DNA of 64,000 nt from the human T2T-CHM13v2.0 reference genome, Homo sapiens, in the NCBI RefSeq assembly GCF_009914755.1, contig NC_060925.1; one strand, written 5' to 3'. Position numbers and translations under genes: made by a program. The notes under the pieces are model-generated. The model was not told where the DNA came from, made no database searches, and was given only the letters and a program-made list of their open reading frames with translations. Shown here piece after piece: positions 1 to 15,409 of this stretch. Positions within the stretch are counted from its first letter, which is position 1. Every line of letters begins with the position of its first letter.

Positions 1-135
1 CTCAGGAGGCTGAGGTGGGAGGACTGCTTCAGCCTGGGAGGCAGAGGTTGCAGTGAGCTGAGATGGGCCACTGCACTTCAGCCTGTGCAACAGAGCAAGA
101 TCCTGTGTCAAGAAAAAAAAAGAAGAAGAAGAAAG
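1..135 (+). mobile_element. Alu right arm (cut by window edge)
   Basis: GGAGGCTGAGGTGGGAGG...GCAGTGAGCTGAGAT, A-tail. Confidence 0.9.
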
Positions 136-470
136 CACTGGCAGAGTGCTTAGCATGAAGTAGGCACTGGAGGAATTTTGATACAGTAAGAATAGGAATA
201 CTAGGTACCTGAGAGGAGAGGCAGAAAATGTCAGTGGACTAAGTGGAGTGAAAAAGAGGTGAGGAAACAGGACTAGAAAACTCTAAAAGCATGCACTCTT
301 AGGTAGTGCAGAAGTGTTTTTGTCCAACTATTAAATAGCACAATCCTAAATTCCTGTCATACTCCTGATCTTTCATTTTAGTGTTCAGGATCTCATAGTA
401 AACATGCAAAATTTGATATTCATTTGATAACGGTTGCTGTGATACTTATTGCAAATCTCTTCTTATCTAG

Positions 471-632
<162 letters not shown>

Positions 633-1224
633 TAGCATTTATTTTATTTTGCGGTTCAATATAGAAGATTTATTTTATCTTAGTTGCTGAAATTGGAAAT
701 CACTTCTGTTTCACCAAATGAAGAGATTAGGATTTTAAGAAACTGCCAGCTGCTAAGTATTTGCAGATTCATTCTTTTTTTAGTATTCGTTGCACATCCC
801 ATTCAATGTGTTACTTTGGAGATTCCATTTGATTGAATAGAGGCAGCCCATGCAGAACTCTTTGAAGAACAGGAGGGAGGCTGCTGAAGCCCAGAGCAAT
901 GAAGAAAAGCAATTCTAATGTAAGAAAAACAAAGAACAAAAAAACAGAAGCACTTTGCAAACACAATAAATGATATTAATAGATTCAACCCATCTTCATC
1001 GCTTTAATGAAATGATAATTTTTGAGGCACTTATTAAAACTCTTACATTGTCTTTTCCATTTTGTTGCTTTTGTTTTACTAAGAAGTAGAAATCTTCAGT
1101 TAGAAAAAAATCAGAAAAACATGTGGAACTACAAATGTAACTGATATTACAAATAGGTAGGCTAAACTTTATTTTTTCCTTTTAAGAGCTTGGATTAAGG
1201 TCAAACAATCAGAGGGGATTTTGG

Positions 1225-1543
<319 letters not shown>

Positions 1544-1599
1544 ACAATCTGGGCTTTTGAATTTCAAATTTACTATATGCCAAGTATGTGATGTTGGAC

Positions 1600-2800
1600 A
1601 ATCACTGGAGTTTCATGTTCTCTCCTTGTCCTACTTTCTGGGACAGGGATACTGATCTTGGTGCACCTTGCTTGAGAAAATTTGAGTTGACTCTCTCCTC
1701 CTTGAAACACTTTCTTCCTCCAAGAACACCACACACCCCTGACCCCTTACTCTGACCACTCATTCTCAGTCTACTTCTCTGGTTTCTCCTAGTCTCTTTG
1801 CCACCTAAACGTTGAAGGCCCCACAGTGAAGGCCTTGGTTTCTCCCTTGGTGATCTTGTCCATTCTTGTGGCTTTAAACACGATCTACATGTTATAAGAA
1901 CAGGCTAACCCAACATCTATTTTGAACTCAAGACTCAACTCCAGATTCAACTGTCTACTAGCATCTTCATTTGTCTATCATCAAGGTATTTAAGACCCAA
2001 GCTTTTTCTTCTCACAGATGTCCCATCTCAGTAAATAGTGTTGCCATTTTTCTAGTTGCCCAAAAATCTTGGTGCCATCCTTGACTTTTTTCTTTCATTC
2101 CTCACATCTACTCCATCAGGAAACCCTATCCATCCTACCTTCAAAATATATTCAGAAATTGAATCATTTCTTACCACCTCAACTCAACCGCCTAGCTCAA
2201 ACTACAGTCATCTCTTGCCTGAGTTATTACAAAAGCCTCCCAAAGGTCTGTCTTAATAGCCAGATGATCCTGCTACAACCATACTTGTCTGCTCCAAATC
2301 TGTCAGTGGCTTTCCATCCCACACACGACAGGAGTCTGAGTCACTATAATGACCTAGGAGGCCCCACCTGGTTTACCTCTTCTGTCCCAGGATCCTCCAT
2401 TGTAATCACTCAGCTCCAGATACTGGGAACCTTGTAAGCACCCCAGGGTCTTTGCTCCTGCTGTTCCCTTCTGAATCGTGCACTAGCACGCTACCTCTCG
2501 GAATTCCTGTTGCCTCCTATTCAGCCCTCCCCAGCCATTCCATGTAAATGACAAACCTCCACCCCCATGCATTCTAGTCTCCTCTGCTTTGCCTTTCTTC
2601 ACAACACTCACCACCATCTAAAATTGAACATACTACACATCTTACTCATTAATCTTGTTCATTGTCTGTCAGTCACTACAGTGTAAGATCCAGAAGGACA
2701 GAAATTGTGTCTACTCTGTTCCCTATAAACCTTTAATGCTTAGAACAGTGCCTGGCACATAGTAGGTGTTCAATAAATATTTGTTGACTGAATGAATGAA
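1600..2800 (+). mobile_element. L2 LINE remnant (3' end)
   Basis: Ends CCTGGCACATAGTAGGTGTTCAATAAATATTTGTTGACTGAATGAATGAA, the L2 3' terminus. Confidence 0.75.
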
Positions 2801-3327
2801 CAATAGATAATGGCCCAATCTAGTCATTCCATCTACTTCTCACAAGACAGAAAAGAGTATTTCACGAAGGCAAAGAGCTTTCAGACCTCAATGTGTTTTC
2901 TGAGGCTCTTCCTCAATACTCCATTATTTTATCATCACCATTGTTGTTTTTCTCTAAACTGCCACTCTATAATTGACAAGAAAGCAACGACATAATGTAA
3001 AATTATGTGTTTTTATTTTCATTTATGCAGCTTTGTTTTATTTTCTAGGACCACTCCAATAGTTATTGGAGTCATTGAAATGACAGTCATTTTCAACCAT
3101 CTTCTTTGCTGTTGACTGAAACCCTGTCTTCAGATAGATTCATGTGGCAGAGTTAATAACACCTCAGTGGGCAAACACTATCCTTCCTTTCTCTGGGGGG
3201 AGATATTTTTAGCCACCACACTAATTAGATAGCTCTCTGGCTGATAATGGGGCAGACAAAGGGTGTAGCATGTTAAAGAAAATGAGCAAACAGGTGCAAT
3301 CAACTTAGAGAATATTAATCAAATGTC

Positions 3328-3623
3328 TTTTTTTTTTGAGATAGGGTCTCACTCTGCTGCCCAGGCTGGAGAGCAGTGGCATGATCTTGGCTCACTGCAG
3401 CCTTGACTTCCTCCACTTCCCAAGCTCGGGTAATCCTCCTGCCTCAGTACCCCCCGAGCAGCTGGGACTACAGGTGCATGCCACCAGGCCTGGCTAATTT
3501 TTTGTAGAGACAGGGTTTCAACATGTTGTCCAGACTGACCTTGAACTCCAGGGCTCAAATAATCTGCCCACCTTGGCCTCCCAAAGTGCTAGGATTACAG
3601 GCATGAGCCAATATGCCCAGCCA
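3328..3623 (-). mobile_element. AluJ-like
   Basis: Full dimer; TSD AAATGTCTT/AAATATCTT. Confidence 0.9.
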
Positions 3624-3839
3624 AATATCTTAATCACCATCATCATCATCATCATAAACTGCCGGTAGGAAGTTTGGCATAATGTGTCACATCAATTATA
3701 AATCACAGATGATTTTACTTGATATAGTTAGCTAGAGATAATCCACAGGGGGTAATTTTATTTATTATTGTTTTAAATGCTATTAAATTTTGTTTTTATC
3801 TAGCCTGCTAATTTTCTGAATGAAGCTGTAATTGGCATT

Positions 3840-4189
3840 TGATTGATTTGGCTGTGTCCCCACCCAAATCTCATCTTGAATTCTCATGTGTTGTGGGAGG
3901 AACCTGGTGGGAAGTAATTGAATCATGGAGCAGGTCTTTCCCATGTGGTTCTCATGATAATAAGTCTCACAAGATCTGATGGTTTTAAAAATGGGACTTT
4001 CCCTGCATGAGCTCTCTCTCTTTGCCGGCCCCCATCCATGTAAGATGTGACTTGCCCCTCCTTGCCTTCCACCATGACTGTGAGGCCTCCCCAGCCATAT
4101 GGAACTGTAAGTCCATTAAATCTCTTTTTTTTGCAAATTGCCCAGTCTTGGGTATGTCTTTACCAGCAGCGTGAAAATGGACTAATACA
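3840..4189 (+). mobile_element. THE1 (MaLR) solo LTR
   Basis: TTTGGCTGTGTCCCCACCCAAATCTCATCTTGAATT...GGACTAATACA; perfect 5-bp TSD GCATT at 3835-3839 and 4190-4194. Confidence 0.92.
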
Positions 4190-4224
4190 GCATTTACCAC
4201 AGTGTCTGGCTCATAGTAACTGTG

Positions 4225-4725
4225 GCAGAGCCTGCTAATTGTCCGTTCAACTTCCGTTCTCAAATTCTTACTTCCTAACAGAACCCCTATGTCATTGATG
4301 ATAGCAGTTCTCTCAGTGAAAAGATACATTTCTAGCCTCCCTTGCAGCTAGGTGTGGTCATGTAACTGAATTCTGTCCAATGAGATATACACAGAAACTG
4401 TTAGAGGGATTTCCAAGCTGTCTTATTAAAGAGTGGGGACAGACAAATGGAGAATATTTTCCTCCCTCTTCCTCCTTCCTGCTGACTGGGAAGCGAGCAT
4501 GACATCTAGAGCTCCAGCTCCTATCTGAGACAATAAGGTGACCTGGAAGATAGAAGTTGTGTGCTGAGTAAGGTGAGCAGAAGACAGAAAAGCCCACATC
4601 TCCGATGATTTTGAGGAGCTGCCTTGGATCACTTTCCTTAACTTCTTTTACCTGAGAGTAATGTTCTAATATCACTGTTCTTGCAGATTCTGCTATTTGT
4701 ATTTGAATTGATCCTAATGGATGTA
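4225..4725 (+). mobile_element. Old MLT1 (J/K-like) LTR
   Basis: ACATTTCTAGCCTCCCTTGCAGCTAGGTGTGGTCATGTAACTGAATTCTG motif typical of old MLT1. Confidence 0.6.
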
Positions 4726-4782
4726 ATACGTAATCAGAAATTATTTTTTCAGAGAATGGATGGAGTACATGCCTATGGTGGT

Positions 4783-5183
4783 TGTAGTAGTCTGCTCAGG
4801 CTGCCATAACAAAACACCACAGACTGGTTGTCTTAAACAATAGAAATTTATTTTCTCACAGTTTTGGAGGCTAAGAATTTAAGATTAAGGTGCTGGCAGG
4901 GTTGGTGTCTGGTGAGACCTCTCTTTCTGGCTTGTGGATGACCATCTTCTTTACCATGTCATATAGCCTTCCCTTAGGCTCATGCAGAGAGAAGGAGAGA
5001 GAAATATTTCTGCTGTCTCATTCTCTTTGTATAAGGACATTGATCCTATCGAATTAGGTCCCCGTCCTTATAACCTCACTTAATCTTAGTTACTTCCCTT
5101 AAGGCCCTATCACCAAATACAGTCACATTGGGACTTAAGGCTTCAACATATGGATTTTGGGGGACACAATTCTGTCCGTAACA
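4783..5183 (-). mobile_element. MLT1A/B-type solo LTR
   Basis: GGCTGCCATAACAAAACACCACAGACTGG...GGGACACAATTC; near-TSD GTGGT/GCGGT. Confidence 0.8.
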
Positions 5184-6969
5184 GCGGTCATCTATTGTCT
5201 TGCCAGTTTTCCTCTTCTAGGACCTGCTCTTTTCCTCCTATCCACATGTTGCTTCAGTATCACTCTGATTAGCTAGCAGCAGTTGATTGGTGTGAAGTAT
5301 GCACCTGATCCAAGCTGGGCCAATCAAAGGCTTTCCCTAGGAATTGTGCAATTAGGCCTGCGAAAGAGACAGACTCCTTCCAGTGACAGAGTGTTAGGTG
5401 GCAAGTTCAGAAGCTGTCAGTCTTGTTTTTCTCCATGTGGCCAGAATGAAAGGAAGATGGCCCATAGACGCAGAATAAGAAGAATAATAAACAGATCCAC
5501 AGAAAAGGACAGAGGAGAGATGAAATGAGAACCCTGAATGCATTAGAATCCCTTGCTCTAATTGTTAATAATGTTCAATCATATTCATGACTCATGACCC
5601 ATGAGAAACTTTATAATACAGCCTTCTTTCTTCCTTAGCTACTTAGAGTTGGGCTTCTACTATTTTCAATTGAGAGCCCTAGCTAATACAACTCTCCAAA
5701 ATTAAAAAAAGAAAAAAGAAAAAGAAAAGAAAAAAAGCTTTGTATTTTTAGGCTCTTAGAACTCACATTATTTTCTTTTAATAATGATTAGCAACAACTA
5801 ATGGTGTTTGTTTTATCTTGTACGCTAAATTATCTGAAATTGGGTAGGTACTACAGTGGAAATAAATATTTGATGTTATTTTCAATAAATTGTTACTGGA
5901 GTTAAACCTCTTGCTATCCTGACAATTCCTCCCTACATCACCCTCTTTGCAATAGCAGATGGAAGAATTGGCAATAAATGCAATTCAGCTTGAAGAAAAC
6001 ACCCTAAATATTAGAAACCTGTGAAGAACCACCGGATTGCCTTATCAACTCATTGTGCATCCTATTTGGAAGTCTAAAATAGAACTAAAATTCTAATACT
6101 TTTACTTGTATAAATGCTTATAATTGTCATCTTTGCATCTCAGCAATTATTCCTGGATAAATATACTGCAAATCATCTAAGAAGAGAAAAACCCCTCTGA
6201 ATTACATGACTGAGTTTCAGAATGTGAGTAAAGTATGGCTAACCAAAATGTTCAAGCAAACTGATGCAAATTTCCTTTTCTATGACTGTGTAAGCAAAAC
6301 TCTTTTGCACGATACTAAGTTTGATGTGGTGTAGCATGTAAAAGAGAAAGCACCTTTATCTGTGTTTGAGTGGAAACCAGGTAACCTTGTCATAAACTGG
6401 GGAAGAAATGACTTAAGTGTCAGCTCCCACATCTCCTGCTGTGAATAGCCTTTAGGGGTGTCATAACCACGAACACACAAACTTGACAGAAACTAAATCT
6501 CAGTGCACAAAGAAAATGTATCTGCAATGAATTCATATTGGGCTCTTCCCACACATTATTTAACTTAATCTTCCAAACAAGCTGTGAGGTAGATATTATT
6601 ATCACCATTTTACACTGAGGAAACTGAGTCAGAGAGATGCTTTTTCTTGCCCAGCACCACTTAGGTCATAAGTGGTGGAGCTGGTTTTGAATGTATTCAC
6701 CTCGCTCGCACCCCATGTGTCTGTGCTGTACTATGAATTCCTCAAGGGATGGGGACTGGTATTTAGCTTGTGTCTTTAAATTGTCATGAAAGACTAGAGG
6801 CTTCTTCTTGGTAGTAAGAAATAACGTGTACAATACCAAGAATATAGCAATTGTACTCAAGAGTATATTAAGGTCAGCGGGTGTGTGTAATAGAGGAATT
6901 ATGAAAGACATATCTGTGAAACATGCTGAGATTCAGCAGTAATAAATTGTTTAAAAACTAGGCTTGAGA

Positions 6970-9150
6970 AGATGATAAGAGCTATTTATGACAAACCCAT
7001 AGCCAATATCATAATGAGTGGGCAAAAGCTGGAATCATTCCCTTTAAACCGGCACAAGACAAGGATGCCCTCTCTCTCCACTCCTATTAAACATAGTATT
7101 GGAAGTTCTGGCCAGGGCAATCAGGCAAGAGAAAGAAATAAAGGGTATTCAAATAGGAAGAAAGGAAGTCAACTTCTCTCTGATTGCAGACGACATGATT
7201 GTATATTTAGAAAACCCCATCATCTCAGCCCAAAAATTCTTTACACTGATAAGCAACTTCAGCAAACTCTGAGGATACAAAATCAATGTGCAAAAATCAC
7301 AAGCATTCCTATACACCAATGATAGACAAGCAGAGAGCCAAATCATGAGTGAACTCCCATTCACAATTGCTACAAAGACAATAAAATACGTGGGAATACG
7401 ATTTACAAGGGACATGAAGGACCTCCTCAAGAACTACAAACCACTGCTCAGGGAAATCAGAGAGGACACAAACAAATGGAAAAACATTCCATGCTCATTG
7501 ATAGGAAGAATCAATATCGTGAAAATGGCCATACTGCCCAAAGTAATTTATAGATTCAATGCTATTCCCATCAAGCTACCAGTGACTTTCTTCACAGAAT
7601 TGGAAAAAACTACTTTAAATTTCATATGGAACCAAAAAAGAGCCTGAATAGCCAAGACAATCATAAGCAAAAAGAACAAAGCTGGAGCCATCACGCTACC
7701 TGACTTCAAACTATACTACAAGGCTACAGTAACCAAAACAGCATGGTACTGGTACCAAAACAGATACATAGACCAACGGAACAGAACAGAGACCTCAGAA
7801 ATAACACCACACATCTACAATCATCTGATCTTTGACAAACCTGACAAAAAAAGCAATGGGGAAAGGAGCAATGGGGAAAGGACTCCCTGTTTAATAAATG
7901 ATGCTGGGAAGACTGGCTAGCCATATGCAGAAAACTGAAACTGGATCCCTTCCTTACACCTTATACAAAAATTAACTCAAGATGGATTAAAGACTTAAAT
8001 GTAAAACTCAAAAGCATAAAAACCCTAGAAGAAAACCTAGGCAATATCATTCAGGACATAGGCCTGTGCAAAGACTTCATGACGAAAACACCAAAAACAA
8101 TGGCGACAAAAGCCCACATTGACAAATGGAATCTAATCAAACTAAAGAGCTTCTGCATAGCAAAAGACACTATCATCAGAGTGAACAGGCAACCTACAGA
8201 ATGGGAGAAAATTTTTGCAAGCTAACCGTCTGACAAAGATCTAATATCCAGAATCTACAAGGAACTTCAACAAATTTACAAGAAAAAAACAACCCCATCA
8301 AAAAGTGGGTGAAGGATATCAACAGACACTTCTCAAAAGAAGACATTTATGCAGCCAACAAACATATGAAAAGAAGCTTATCATCACTGGTCATTAGAGA
8401 AATGCAAATCAAAACCACAATGAGATACCATCTCATGCCAGTTAGAATGGTGATCATTAAAAAGTCAGGAAACAAGAGATGCTGGTGAGGCAGTGGAGAA
8501 ATAGGAACGCTTTTACACTGTTGGTGGGAGTGTAAACTAGTTCAACAATTGTGGAAGACAGTGTAGCAATTCCTCAAGGATCTAGAACCAGAAATACCAT
8601 TTGACCCAGCAATCCGATTACTGGGTATATACCTAAAGGATTATAAATCATTCTACTATAAAGACACATGCACATGTATGTTTATTGCAACCCTATTTAC
8701 AATAGCAAAGACTTGGAACCAACACAAATACCCATCAATAATAGACCGGATAAAGAAAATGTGGCACATATACACCATGCAATACCATGCAGCCATTAAA
8801 AAGAATGAGCTAATGTCCTTTGCAGGGACATGGATGAAGCTGGAAGCCATCATTCTCAGCAAGCTAATGCAGGAACAGAAAACCAAACACTGCGTGTTCT
8901 CACTCATAAGTGGGAGTTGAACAATGAGAACACATGGACACAGGAATGGGAACACCACACACCGAGGCCTGTCAGGGGGTCAGGGGCAAGGGGAGGGAGA
9001 GCATAGGTTGATAGGTGCTGCAAACCACCATGGCACATGTATACCTATGTAACAAACTTGCACGTTCTACACATGTATGCCAGAACTTAAAGTAAAATTT
9101 AAAAAATTTAAAAAATAAAAAATAAAAAAAAAATTAAAAAAAAAAAAAAA
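6970..9150 (+). mobile_element. 5'-truncated L1PA (about PA7/PA8) LINE-1: ORF2 3' part, 3'UTR, poly(A)
   Basis: ORF2 peptides (IRAIYDKPIANII; [10 protein letters not shown]...KWKNIPCS; MFIATLFTIAKTWNQ), disrupted; poly(A) ~9100-9150; perfect 17-bp TSD AAAAACTAGGCTTGAGA at 6953-6969 and 9146-9162. Confidence 0.95.
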
Positions 9151-9298
9151 CTAGGCTTGAGAGGAAAGCACAAGTAGTCACCACCACCAGCGCAGCAGTG
9201 CCAGAGCCAGGAGGAGATCCTGGCCACTGCCCCTGCCTCCCGCCTGCCGTCAGTCGCCTCCATCCTGTTCCAGCAATCTCTTAAAGCATGATGGGTTA

Positions 9299-9593
9299 GG
9301 CTGGGCACAGCGGCTCATGCCTATAATCCCAGCATTTTGGGAGGTCGAGCCAAGTGGAACACCTGAGGTCAGGAGTTCAAGACCAGCCTGGCCAACGTGC
9401 TGAAACCCCGTCTCTACCAAAAATATAAAAATTAGCTGGGCATAGTGACACAAGTCTGTAATCCCAGCTACTCAGGAGGCTGAGACAGGAGAATGTCTTG
9501 AACCCCAGAGGCGAGGTTGCAGCGAGCCAAGATGGTGCTACTGCACTCCAGCCTGGGTGACAGAACGAGACTCTGTCTCAAACAAACAAACAA
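9299..9593 (+). mobile_element. AluS-like, inserted at the pseudogene start codon
   Basis: Full dimer; TSD 9283-9298 / 9593-9608. Confidence 0.92.
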
Positions 9594-9713
9594 AATCATG
9601 GTGGATTACTATGAAATTCTAGGAGTGTGGAGAGAGGCCTCACCCGAGGATATTAAAAAGGCACACCAGAAACTGGCACTGAAGTGGCACCCAGATGAAA
9701 ATCCTGAGAATAA

Positions 9714-9950
<237 letters not shown>

Positions 9951-10550
9951 TGAGGACTTGTTTCAGAATCAAAGGGGTCCCCGTGGAAGCAGAAACCAAG
10001 GGTCGGGGTAGTTTTTCTCCACATTCAGTGGATTTCCATCTTTTAGAAGTGGATTTTCTTATTTTGATATAGGATTTATTAATACTTCATTTGGGTCACT
10101 CGGTCACGGGGGCCTCACTTCATTTTCTTCCACATCATATGTTGGTAGTGGGATGGGCAACTTCAAATCGATAACACTTCTACTAAAAAGGTTAATGGCA
10201 GAAAAATCACGATAAAGAGAATTATCAAGAATGGTCAAGAAAGAGTAGAAGTTGAAGAAGACAGCCAGTTAATGTCTTTAACAATAAGTGTTAAGGAGCA
10301 GCTGCTGCACTTGGATAACAAGTAATTCAAGGCGCCCACTTAACAGAAATGTTAAACTATAAGAAGAACCATCTGAGGATTAACAGAAACTTTTTTTTTG
10401 TAGATTTCAAGGGAACTTGCCTTTCAGAATAATAGTACCTAAAGTATTTATAAACAGCTAATCGGAACCTCTATTTGTCATAGGCTTTTGAGTTTATTGT
10501 TGGGACCCATAATAGGACCATTTTTTCTTTTTGTCTTCAAAATTATCGTA

Positions 10551-11030
<480 letters not shown>

Positions 11031-11245
11031 CTACAGAACTAAATTCATTTTGTTTTTCAGTATGTAGTAGTAAAAGATATTAATGCATTAATGGTAATAC
11101 ATTTCTGGTTTAATATAAATTAAGGGTGTTTTCTAGCTGAGCCTGAATCCTGTCAACTCAGTAAGTCTTGACAATTGTTTAAATATGTGATGTTAAGCTT
11201 AGGTTTAAAAAAGCAAAGCAGGTAAAGTGGGTCTTTGTCATTTGC

Positions 11246-11540
11246 TTTTTTTTTTTTTCCTGAGATGGAGTCTCGCTGTCGCCCAGGCTGGAGTGCAGTG
11301 GCGCGATCTAGGCTCACTGCAGGCTCCGTCCCCTGGGTTCACGCCATTCTCCTGCCTCAGCCTCCCTAGTAGCTGGGACTGCAGGCACCCGCCACCTCGC
11401 CCGGCTAATTTTTTGTATTTTTAGTAGAGACGGGGTTTCACTGTGTTAGCCAGGATGGTCTTGATCTCCTGACCTCGTGATCCGCCTACCTCGGCCTCCC
11501 AAAGTGCTGGGATTACAGGCGTGAGCCACCGCGCCCAGCC
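11246..11540 (-). mobile_element. AluY-like, in pseudogene 3'UTR
   Basis: CpG-rich dimer; TSD GTCATTTGCTTTTTT. Confidence 0.92.
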
Positions 11541-11619
11541 GTCATTTGCTTTTTTAAAAAAGAAAATAAATGCAAATGTGTTTGGTGCAAATAAATAAAC
11601 AAATAAAAACTAAGTTTGA

Positions 11620-12200
11620 CCACTGAACACGATGCATAATCCAGGACTGACTCCTATGCTGAGGGTGAATGTGATGGGAGATTCTCTCTCAGGGATACTA
11701 TTGAGGCATTCAACAAAATTTTAATATGGATTATAGATTATAAAAAGAAATTCTGTAACAATGTGAAATTTTCTGCATTTGATATCTCTGCTGTGGATAT
11801 TTTAAAACATTTTTATTAATATGAAAACACAGTGAAATATTACAGCAAAAGGGCCATTATATATTCAAGCAACCTCTCTCTTGGATGGTTTAGGGAAAAA
11901 ATTATATCTCTAAACAGAGAGAGTGAGAGAGAGAATAAAACAAACGTGGTCAGGCGCGGTGGCTCATGCCTGTAATCCCAGCACTTTGGGAGGCCAAGAT
12001 GGGAGGATCACCTCAAGCGATCCAGGAGTTCGAGACCAGCCTGGTCAATATAGCAAGACCTTGTCTCTATTTAAAAGAAAAGAAAAGAAAATGTGGCAAA
12101 AAGTTAAAAATAGCTAATCTGGTAAAAAGTATAGGAGAATTCTTTGTATGTATTGTTTTCACAGTTTTTCTGGAAGTTTAAATTATTACAAAAGATAAGG
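11620..12200 (+). mobile_element. Old L1M (MC/ME-like) 3' end interrupted by an Alu monomer at ~11948-12090
   Basis: L1M 3'UTR-like text (AATATGGATTATAGATTA; AAATGTGGCAAAAAGTTAA; GGAAGTTTAAATTATTACAAAA); monomer flanked by AAACGTGG/AAATGTGG. Confidence 0.6.
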
Positions 12201-13679
12201 TTCATTAGAAAGACCGCTAGGCTTAGACTCAGGAGTCCTGGTTTTGGGTTCAGATTTCCCATTATCCATCTGAGTGACATTTGTCATTTCACAGAATTTC
12301 TCTGGACCACGCCCCTCTTCTGTAAAATACAAAAGTTATTTGTTTTAACTGTGGATTGGCATTCCATTATAGAAACAAATAGCTCACTCATTCCTCTAAA
12401 CTGAGTGGTTTCTATTTCTTCCCTGTTATGAGCAGTGCTGCAGTGAACGGCTGTATTCATTGTTCCGTGTGCTCACGTGCAGGTGTGTCCTAGGGCACAG
12501 CCATGTTGATCCATGTGGGTAAACTAAAAAATGTAACATCGAGTGAAAAAAAGCACACTGAAAATACACTAAATATGATTCAATTTATGTAAATTTTCAG
12601 GCACTAACATACATCATAAAAGTACAAAAACATACATCAGATTGATATATGCCAACATCACCTTAGAGCTTACCTCTGGGCAGAAAGGGAGGAAGAAGGA
12701 AGGAGTAGAGTGGGCTGTAGTTACATCTATGTTTTTTCTTCTTGAGAGAGTGAGAGATTGATCTACGGTAAGGGTGGGTTCAGCTAACGACTCTTGGTGT
12801 CTTCCAGCGCTAATGATTTATAATTAAGTTAGATTTGTAACCTTAAAATACTTTATAGCATTTACCCTGCTTGTGAGTGTGTATACATTTAACAGAATTC
12901 AACAAGCACGTGCTGAGAAAATTCTTTACCCAGGGCATTCAGCTACCTACAGTATAGTCAGAGGGAAATAAAACATGGTTTGGAATGCTTTGAGGGAAAG
13001 AGGACTCTGATGTGGTATTAAAGATAAAGTTGGTTAATCATTTCCTTGAGATAATGGCACATAAGCTACAATTAAAGGAGAAACTGGACATATGAGGGAG
13101 GGAGGACTTTGTTAGCGCTATGCTTTTAGGCATATATTCCTTATGTGAATATTTATTCTTAGCATTGTTGGCTCAGTGAATGGCCTAGGAAAGTTACATT
13201 CCAGAAGGAAACATGTTATTACACATAGGAATCGATTGGTCCTCCATGAGTACCTACAATTGAATTCTATGTATTAACACCGCAGAAAAACACATACAAA
13301 TAGAAAATATTTTTAATCAAGGACTAGTATCCAAAGCAAAACAAAGTGGAAATTTGGTAATTATCCTGTGAATTTCTGCAACTTAACAACCAAACTGGAT
13401 AATTTGAGCAAGGAGTTCATCTATTGATGTGTGCACACCCTTACAGCAAAACATCTCTCTCTATCTCTGAGAGTCATCTTAGGCAATTGTGAACAGAAGG
13501 CGTTTATCCATCAGGGCTCTTTTAGTACCAAAAAACAGAAAACCTGACTCCAATGAACTTAAATGAAACTGAAAGGTCCAAGGATAGATTTTTAACTTCA
13601 AGCACACCTTGATCCAGGAGCTCAGGCAATGGCATTGTAAGGGAGCCTAAAGACCCCCTCTACCCATCTTTGGGGTTTT

Positions 13680-14007
13680 GGGTTTTTGATTTTTTGTTTT
13701 TGTTGATTGTTTTGTTTTGTTTTTTTGAGATGAGGTCTGGCTCTGTTGCCCAGGCTAGAGTGCAGTGGCGCGATCTCGGCTCACGGCTCTCCTCCATCTC
13801 CCGGGTTCAAGCAATTCTCCTGCCTCAGCCTCCTGAGTAGCTGGGATTACAGGCACACACCATTACGCCCAGCTAATTTTTGTATTTTTAGCGGAGACAG
13901 GGTTTTACCATGTTGGCCAGGCTGCTCTCGAACTCTTGACTTCAAGTGATCTGCCTGCCACGGCCTCCCAAAGTGCTGGGATTACAGACGTGAGCCACCG
14001 TGACTTG
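13680..14007 (-). mobile_element. Alu
   Basis: Full dimer; TSD CCCATCTTTG. Confidence 0.9.
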
Positions 14008-14046
14008 CCCATCTTTGTTTTTAAGTAAAATCTTCTGCTGGGTCTA

Positions 14047-14994
<948 letters not shown>

Positions 14995-15346
14995 AACCAA
15001 ATTGATACAAGATAGATTAATAGGACAAAAGCATACAGGTTTTATTAATTTTACATATACATGGGGATCCTCACAAGAGAGGGAAGACCCAAAGAAATGG
15101 CCAAAGCAGAAAGCTTTTATACCTTTCAGGCAAAGAATGATACATTTTGTGAAGAAATGACAAGACTGGGTCTGGGCTAGGGGCAGTAAATTCTAGGGTA
15201 ATCACTAAGAGATATATGGAGGGCTGTAAGGCTAGTGAAAGAGGAGGATTATTTTAGTAAGCTTATTTATTCGGATCCATTGCAGCATCACTTCTCAGTC
15301 ATGGCTAATAAGGGTTATCTTCTCATGCTGGAACAGGCAAGGCAGC

Positions 15347-15350
15347 TTTT

Positions 15351-15409
<59 letters not shown>

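Noticed and set aside
6972-8920. L1 ORF2 fragments as a functional RT
   Set aside because: 5'-truncated, with multiple stops and frameshifts; includes a small 15-bp tandem duplication (AGCAATGGGGAAAGG) near 7852-7881.
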